Positions 58,471-64,000 of a stretch of DNA of 64,000 nucleotides are shown piece after piece. Position 1 is the stretch's first letter; each line of letters starts with the position of its first letter. A model generated the notes under the pieces. It was not told the origin of the DNA. It saw nothing but the letters and a program-made list of their open reading frames with translations, and searched no databases. The stretch is taken from contig CBDFJQ010000002.1 of assembly GCA_965248575.1 (NCBI GenBank), positions 2,720,001-2,784,000 of the forward strand. Reading direction: 5' to 3'. A program made the position numbers and the translations under genes. Source of the stretch: Planctomycetota bacterium. Lineage in GTDB: Bacteria > Planctomycetota > B15-G4.

Positions 58471-59754
58471 CTACGGGCTAGGCGGCACGAAGTTCAGCTG
58501 TTTCGCCTTGGTGGTCTTCAGGCCGGCCACGTTGGCCATGACCACCAGCGTGTCGTCGATAGCCTTCTGGGTGGGCTTGGCCAGCTTGCTTGGGACCTTG
58601 GCCTTTCCCTTCATGAGCGTCTTGATCAGCTTCTCGGCGCCCTTGATGGCTCGCTTGATGATCTTGTTCGCAGTCTTGCCTTGGGTGGAGTCGTCGAGCG
58701 TTCCCGCGCCCATCGCATCCAAAAGATCGGACTGCACCACCACCAGCGTGTCGCGGGCTGCTTCGAGTTCATCCTCGGCCAGGTCCACGTTTGGCGCCTC
58801 CTGTGTGAGCGCGTCTCGAGCCTCGCCCAGGTCGATCAGCGCGCCGGCCAAGTCCACGAACAGATCGGACTCGAGGTCGGGGCCGGGTGCGACATTGCCG
58901 AGTGAGAAGTAGTCGAAGTAGAACCGGCCCTTTTTGAGCATCGCCCGCGCACCGAACTCCAGCGTGAAGGGCTTGACCGGAACCAGGATGTCCTGGCTCG
59001 AGATGACCGTCCAGTCGTTCCCGAGCGAATCGGTTGCTGGGACACCGGGTGGGGTGGAGCGAGCCATGGTGATGAGCTGCGTGTCGGTCTGTTGGATGCG
59101 CAGGTCGACCTCAGCGGTGCCCGCGAACATCTGCGCAACGTCGACGGCAACGTTGTTCTTCTCGAAGGTCTGCAGCTCCAGCCCTAGGTAGTTGCCACCA
59201 CCGTCTTCCATATAGGTCGCGCGCAACGACGTGAACTGGCCACCGAACTGCGAGAGCGGACGGTTCATCTGCAAGTGTGCGTAGGACTCGCCGCTCGACA
59301 GTCCCTTGCGATCGTCGATCGCCGCAGTCAGCCGAACGTCAAACGTCCCCACGGCCTGGCGCGGAAACTCGCTTGCCCCCCCGCCGAAATCCTGAGACGC
59401 CGAGACCATCATGCGCTTGTCCTTGAGCGGCTTGGTCGGGAAGGTCAGCGCCGTACTCATTGACTTCTGCAGCTCACCCTTGTAGGCAGCGACGCCCATC
59501 TTGCCGCCTTTCTTGCTCTTGCCTTTCACACTGACCTGGTCGCCCACGAAGAACTTGACGAAGCTCTTGCTCAGCTCACCCCTGGTGGGGACGTCGAAGA
59601 TGTAGGCGTAGAAACTCCCGAACTGCTCCTGAGCTGCATAGATAGCCGCGCCGAGTTCAGCGGTGCAGGCTGATTTGCGCCCTTCTCTGCCCCCGGCCGC
59701 GAGCGTCAGGACGCAGAGGGTGCAGATCAGCAGGGCTCGTGCGGCGCGGCGCAT
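58471..59754 (-). CDS. Secreted hypothetical protein, tandem paralog B (427 aa)
   Basis: Signal peptide; colinear with 59786..61069; ends KAKQLNFVPPSP. Confidence 0.8.
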   Translation of the reverse strand: MRRAARALLICTLCVLTLAAGGREGRKSACTAELGAAIYAAQEQFGSFYAYIFDVPTRGELSKSFVKFFVGDQVSVKGKSKKGGKMGVAAYKGELQKSMSTALTFPTKPLKDKRMMVSASQDFGGGASEFPRQAVGTFDVRLTAAIDDRKGLSSGESYAHLQMNRPLSQFGGQFTSLRATYMEDGGGNYLGLELQTFEKNNVAVDVAQMFAGTAEVDLRIQQTDTQLITMARSTPPGVPATDSLGNDWTVISSQDILVPVKPFTLEFGARAMLKKGRFYFDYFSLGNVAPGPDLESDLFVDLAGALIDLGEARDALTQEAPNVDLAEDELEAARDTLVVVQSDLLDAMGAGTLDDSTQGKTANKIIKRAIKGAEKLIKTLMKGKAKVPSKLAKPTQKAIDDTLVVMANVAGLKTTKAKQLNFVPPSP

Positions 59755-59785
59755 GACATGTCTCCGAGGGCTGGCGCGCCGCGAC

Positions 59786-61069
59786 CTATGGGCTAGGCGG
59801 CACGAAGTTCAGCTGCTTCGCTTTAGTGGTCTTCAGTCCAGCCACGTTGGCCATGACCGCCAAGGTGTCGTCGATGGCCTTCTGGGTGGGCTTGGCCAGC
59901 TTGGTCGGGTCCTTGGCCTTGCCCTTCATGAGCGTCTTGATCAGCTTCTCGGCGCCCTTGATGGCTCGCTTGATGACCTTGTTCGCGGTCTTGCCCTGGG
60001 TGGAGTCGTCGAGCGTTCCCTCACCCATCGCCTCCACGAGATCGGACTGCACATCCATCAGGGTATCCCGCGCTTCTTCGAGCTCGCCCTCCGCAAGATC
60101 CACGTTGGGCGCCTCCTGGGTGAGCGCATCCCGGGCCTCGCCCAAATCGATCAGGGCGACCGCCAGGTCCTCGAAGAGCCCGGTCTCCAGGTCAGGGCCC
60201 AGCGCAATGTTGCCCAGGGAGAAGTAGTCGAAGAACATGCGGCCCTTCTTGAGCATCGACCGCGCACCGAACTGCAACGTGAAGGGCTTGGCCGGTACCG
60301 GGATAGCCTGGCTCGAGATGACCGTCCAGTCGGTCCCGAGCGAGTCGGTTGCCGGAACACCGGGTGGCGTGGCGCGAGCCATGGTGATGAGCTGCGTGTC
60401 TGTCTGCTGGATGCGCAGGTCGACCTCGGCCGTGCCCGCGATCATCTGCGCCACGTCGACGGCCACGTTGTTCTTCTCGAAGGTCTGCAGCTCGAAACCG
60501 AGGAAGACACCGTTACCGTCCTCCATGTACGTCGCGCGCAAGGACGTGAACTCACCACCGAACTGCGAGAGCGGGCGATTCATCTGCAGGAGTGCGTAGG
60601 ATTCGCCGCTCGACATCCCCTTCTGTTCGTTGATGGCGGCGGTCAAGCGAACGTCAAACGTCCCCATGGCCTGGCGCGGAAACTCGGTCGTCCCTCCACC
60701 GAAGTCGTGAAACGCCGAGACCACAATGCGTTTGTCCTTGAGCGGCTTGGTCGGGAAGGTCAGCGACGTTTCTATCGCGTGCTGAAGGATACTCTTATAG
60801 GCAGCGAGGCCCATCTTGCCGGCCTTCTTGCTCTTGCCTTTCACGCTGACCTGATCGCCCTCGAACAAACTCAGCATGTACCCGCTCAGGGGACCCTTGC
60901 CAGCGATGTTGAAGATGTAGGCGAAGAACAGACCGAACTCCCCTTGCTCTCCGTAGATCGCTTGAGCGAGTTCGGCGGAGCAGGTTGGGTTGAGCCCTTC
61001 CTTGCCCCCGGCCGCGAGCATGAAGACGCAGAGGGTGCAAATGACCAGGGTTCGTGCGGCGCGGCGCAT
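59786..61069 (-). CDS. Secreted hypothetical protein, tandem paralog A (427 aa)
   Basis: Same length and RBS context (CCTCGGAGA.ATGTC-ATG) as paralog B; 1315-bp offset. Confidence 0.8.
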   Translation of the reverse strand: MRRAARTLVICTLCVFMLAAGGKEGLNPTCSAELAQAIYGEQGEFGLFFAYIFNIAGKGPLSGYMLSLFEGDQVSVKGKSKKAGKMGLAAYKSILQHAIETSLTFPTKPLKDKRIVVSAFHDFGGGTTEFPRQAMGTFDVRLTAAINEQKGMSSGESYALLQMNRPLSQFGGEFTSLRATYMEDGNGVFLGFELQTFEKNNVAVDVAQMIAGTAEVDLRIQQTDTQLITMARATPPGVPATDSLGTDWTVISSQAIPVPAKPFTLQFGARSMLKKGRMFFDYFSLGNIALGPDLETGLFEDLAVALIDLGEARDALTQEAPNVDLAEGELEEARDTLMDVQSDLVEAMGEGTLDDSTQGKTANKVIKRAIKGAEKLIKTLMKGKAKDPTKLAKPTQKAIDDTLAVMANVAGLKTTKAKQLNFVPPSP

Positions 61070-61130
61070 GACATCTCTCCGAGGGTTGGTGCGCCACTCT
61101 AGCAGCTCGCCCATCAGCCGCTGGACCTAG

Positions 61131-61207
61131 CTCTCCGCCCTCCCCTCTCCGCCCTCCCCTCTCCGCCCTCCCCTCTCACCTCTCACCTCTCACCTCTCAC
61201 CTCTCAC
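61131..61207. repeat. Compound pyrimidine-rich simple repeat: (CTCTCCGCCCTCCC)x3 followed by (CTCTCAC)x5
   Basis: Read directly; 7-bp periodicity over 77 bp in a divergent intergenic region. Confidence 0.9.
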
Positions 61208-61312
61208 CTCGCTCTCATGCACTGCAGTGCAGACTCTGTGTGTCCTGCCTCTCTCCGATGGCCCCCGGTTGGACTGGCCGATTGGACTGGCCGACTCCCC
61301 AGAGACTCTCCC

Positions 61313-63016
61313 ATGTTGGTCTTCGCTCCTACCGTCGTCGCCGTCTGCCTGATGCTCTTCGCCAGCCCGGCCGCAGGCCAGCTCCACACGCTCGGACTGG
61401 ACACCGCGCAGAAGCCCCTCACCGCAACGACCCAGCCCAACGTGGTGTTCTTTCATTCCGATGACCACGGTTGGGCCGACGTGGGCTTTCGCGGCAGTGT
61501 GATCGAGACCCCACACATCGACAGCTTGGCCGCCGGCGGCTTGGCGCTCCAGCGCTACCACACCTACCCCATCTGCGGCCCGACGCGGGTCGGCCTCATG
61601 ACAGGTCGCAATCCCATCACGGTGGGCATCACCGGCAACATCGGCCCAGGGGACGACGGCGTTCCGCTGGACGAGAACATGCTCCCGGAGACCTTCCAGT
61701 CCGCGGGCTACCAGACCTGGATGATGGGCAAATGGCACCTCGGCGGAACCACGAGCCCGGACTATCAACCGCAGAACCGAGGCTTCGATTACTTCTATGG
61801 ATTCCTGGGTGGGTCGATCGACGAAACCACCCACACCACAGCCGGCACCGGCAATCTCGACTGGCAGCGAAACGGTGTGGACGTGCCCGAGGACGACGGC
61901 CAGCTGTCCACAGACTTGATGGCGAGCGAAGCCATCTCGCTGATCCAGAGCCGCGACCCCGAGCGGCCGTTCTTCCTTTACGTCGCCTTCCACGCACTCC
62001 ACACGCCCTACGACGCCCCTCAAGAGCTCAAGGACAAGTACGCGCTGAAGGGGCTCAGCGGACAGGCGCTGGAGTACGCAGCAATGGCCGAAAACATGGA
62101 CCGGAACATCGGGCGGGTGTTGGACGAGTTGAGAAGCCAGGGGCTGTTCGACGACGCGCTCGTCGTGTTCGCAAGCGACAACGGCGCGCAGGCAGGTAAG
62201 GGCGGCAGCAACCTGCCCCTGAATGGCTGGAAGGGAGGAGTCTTCGAGGGCGGTCATCGCACACCGGCGGTGGTGCATTGGCCGGGACGGGTTTCCGCCG
62301 GCAAGGACAGCGAGCAATTCCTTTCACACGTGGACTGGCTGCCGACGCTCGCGGCTGCTGTGGGCGTGCCGCCCGTCTTGAATCAGCCGCTCGACGGCGT
62401 GGACCGTTGGTCGGAACTGGCGGCGGGCACGGAGATGCTGGCAGACGGTTTTCCAATTGAACGCGGGCAAGGGCGAGCCGCGCTCGCCGGCCGCTGGAAG
62501 GCACTGCGCGAAACCAACAACGGGCCGTGGCAGCTCTACGATGCCTACACCGACCCCTCCGAGACCCAGGACCTGGCCGCCGCCCAGCCCGAGCTCGTGA
62601 GCGCGATGATGACGTACCTTGAGCCTTGCACCGGGGCGGTGAGTCACTGGGGCAGCGGTGGCGCAGGCAGCGCAGGGCTCGTGCCATCCCTGTCGCTGCT
62701 CGGATGTCCGCAGTCCAGTGAGACCGTGGTCCTCGACCTCGCTCGGGGTCGCCCCTCCAGCTATGCGGTGCTTCTGTACGGGCTGGATGTGGTCGCCGGC
62801 GTCCCCATGGGAACGTGTCCCCCGCTCGTGTCGCAAGTCATGACGCCGGGAATCCTTGTCCCGCTCGACACGGCCGGCGAGTTCATCTTGCCCGTTGTTC
62901 TCCCGGCCTCGGCACCCGCGCTGCCGTCGATCGCCTTGCAGGCCTTCGTGGCCGACGACGCCAACCCTTGGGGATACTCGTCCACCAACGCGGTGCGAGT
63001 TGACTTCGGGCCCTGA
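61313..63016 (+). CDS. Secreted arylsulfatase (formylglycine-dependent S1 family) with extra C-terminal domain
   Basis: PNVV...DD.G, CGPTR (CxPxR), GKWHLG, RPFFLYVAFHALH, SDNG, KG.VFEGG.RTP and DPSE..DLA; ~130-aa C-terminal domain. Confidence 0.92.
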   Translation: MLVFAPTVVAVCLMLFASPAAGQLHTLGLDTAQKPLTATTQPNVVFFHSDDHGWADVGFRGSVIETPHIDSLAAGGLALQRYHTYPICGPTRVGLMTGRNPITVGITGNIGPGDDGVPLDENMLPETFQSAGYQTWMMGKWHLGGTTSPDYQPQNRGFDYFYGFLGGSIDETTHTTAGTGNLDWQRNGVDVPEDDGQLSTDLMASEAISLIQSRDPERPFFLYVAFHALHTPYDAPQELKDKYALKGLSGQALEYAAMAENMDRNIGRVLDELRSQGLFDDALVVFASDNGAQAGKGGSNLPLNGWKGGVFEGGHRTPAVVHWPGRVSAGKDSEQFLSHVDWLPTLAAAVGVPPVLNQPLDGVDRWSELAAGTEMLADGFPIERGQGRAALAGRWKALRETNNGPWQLYDAYTDPSETQDLAAAQPELVSAMMTYLEPCTGAVSHWGSGGAGSAGLVPSLSLLGCPQSSETVVLDLARGRPSSYAVLLYGLDVVAGVPMGTCPPLVSQVMTPGILVPLDTAGEFILPVVLPASAPALPSIALQAFVADDANPWGYSSTNAVRVDFGP

Positions 63017-63059
63017 GTGAATCTCCTGACGGCCACTTCTGAGCGACCACCTCTCGACG

Positions 63060-64000
63060 CTACGGCCCAGCCACAGCCCCCGCCGCAGGCGCACCGCCGC
63101 CGAAGCCGTCACCACTGAGGTCTTCACTGACCTTGTAGCTGGGATCACCTGCGCCCAGGAGCGCACTGTCCGGCGTGGCCGGTGAGACATCCTGCACCGT
63201 GCCCGTCCAGGCCGCCCCTGCGAAGTCGCTGAGGCCCACGCCGTTGGTGAAGCCCGAACCGCCGCCCGTGCTGGCACCCGACACCGAGCCCAGCACCACA
63301 TTGCCGGCGATCGTCACGCCTGAGCTACCGCTGCTGAACTGCACCGCGGTGCTGTTCTGGCTGTAGATGGCGTTGTTGGCAAAGACCATGCCCGGCCGGT
63401 TGTTCCAGTTGGAGAGCCGCACCGCCTGGCCCGAGTTGAGCACCGTGTTGTGCACGAAAGTCAGATCGCGGGTCTGGCCCTGGTGGTCGCCGCTCTGGAA
63501 GCCCGTGGCCCCGTTGACGATCAGGTTGCTGCGCACGATGGCCTCGCCCTGGACTTGCAGCACGTTGTCGCCGGAACCCACCAGGATGTTGCGCTCGATG
63601 AGGTTCACCGGCTGCCCGTCGGTGCCGTACACCAGCAGGCAAGGGTAGTTGGCGTCGTAGATCGTGTTCTCGGCGATCCAGTTGCCCCAGCTGCCCTGCT
63701 TCACCTCGATGCCGTCGCCCTGCAGGCCGTCCGTGTCGTGCACGAGGTTCTGGGCGATGACCGACTCGCTCATGATCACTGCGCCGTTGTTCGCGCCGAG
63801 GTACATACCCTCGCCGTAGCCCGAGGTGTGGTGGATGTGGTTGCGCGTGATGTAGAGCGCTGAGGTGTCTTCGGAGTTGGCCGCGATGCCAGCCTCACCC
63901 AGGTGGTGGATCTCGCACTCGTCGATCCAGATGTTGTCGGCGCTACCGAGCTTGATGCCCGCCGAGCCCCCGGTGATCTCGAGCCCCCGGAAGGCCATGT
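63060..64000 (-). CDS. Right-handed parallel beta-helix repeat protein (5' end outside the window)
   Basis: Repeated I..N.I units, GEGMYLG, GDGIEVK and a C-terminal D..G......AGA motif; frame open to the window edge. Confidence 0.8.
   Translation of the reverse strand, partial: MAFRGLEITGGSAGIKLGSADNIWIDECEIHHLGEAGIAANSEDTSALYITRNHIHHTSGYGEGMYLGANNGAVIMSESVIAQNLVHDTDGLQGDGIEVKQGSWGNWIAENTIYDANYPCLLVYGTDGQPVNLIERNILVGSGDNVLQVQGEAIVRSNLIVNGATGFQSGDHQGQTRDLTFVHNTVLNSGQAVRLSNWNNRPGMVFANNAIYSQNSTAVQFSSGSSGVTIAGNVVLGSVSGASTGGGSGFTNGVGLSDFAGAAWTGTVQDVSPATPDSALLGAGDPSYKVSEDLSGDGFGGGAPAAGAVAGP

Overview
GC-rich bacterial DNA, most likely Planctomycetota (inferred from an ECF sigma/Ser-Thr kinase pair, a sulfatase, many secreted proteins with a shared C-terminal domain and carboxypeptidase-regulatory-like surface proteins). 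The first ~2.26 kb is the right end of a tRNA-Gly(CCC)-integrated element: a HEPN gene, a tyrosine-recombinase remnant, arm-like repeats and a 50-bp tRNA 3' fragment. Next come secreted proteins, an HTH regulator with a candidate operator, a selenoprotein missed by the ORF track (in-frame TGA in a UxxC motif, SECIS-like hairpin, C-terminal HMA domain) and the ECF/kinase pair. A two-gene locus encodes an RRM-containing CHAT (caspase-like) protease and an alpha/beta hydrolase. The middle holds an FGE-domain coiled-coil protein, a Rok/H-NS-like protein and envelope enzymes, then two paralogous GldA/F/G-DUF4340 ABC operons flanking nagB and a 2221-aa S8 protease with 12 PKD domains. The right part holds an AT-richer islet with a PGRS-like Gly-rich protein, a homopolymer-frameshifted gene, a second ECF with a membrane partner, a tandem gene duplication, a sulfatase and a partial beta-helix gene. 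The best novelty candidates are the RRM-CHAT/hydrolase pair, the Sec-thioredoxin-HMA lipoprotein, an open frame crossing the att core, and a shared C-terminal sorting-like domain. All family calls come from reading motifs by eye; no database search was run.
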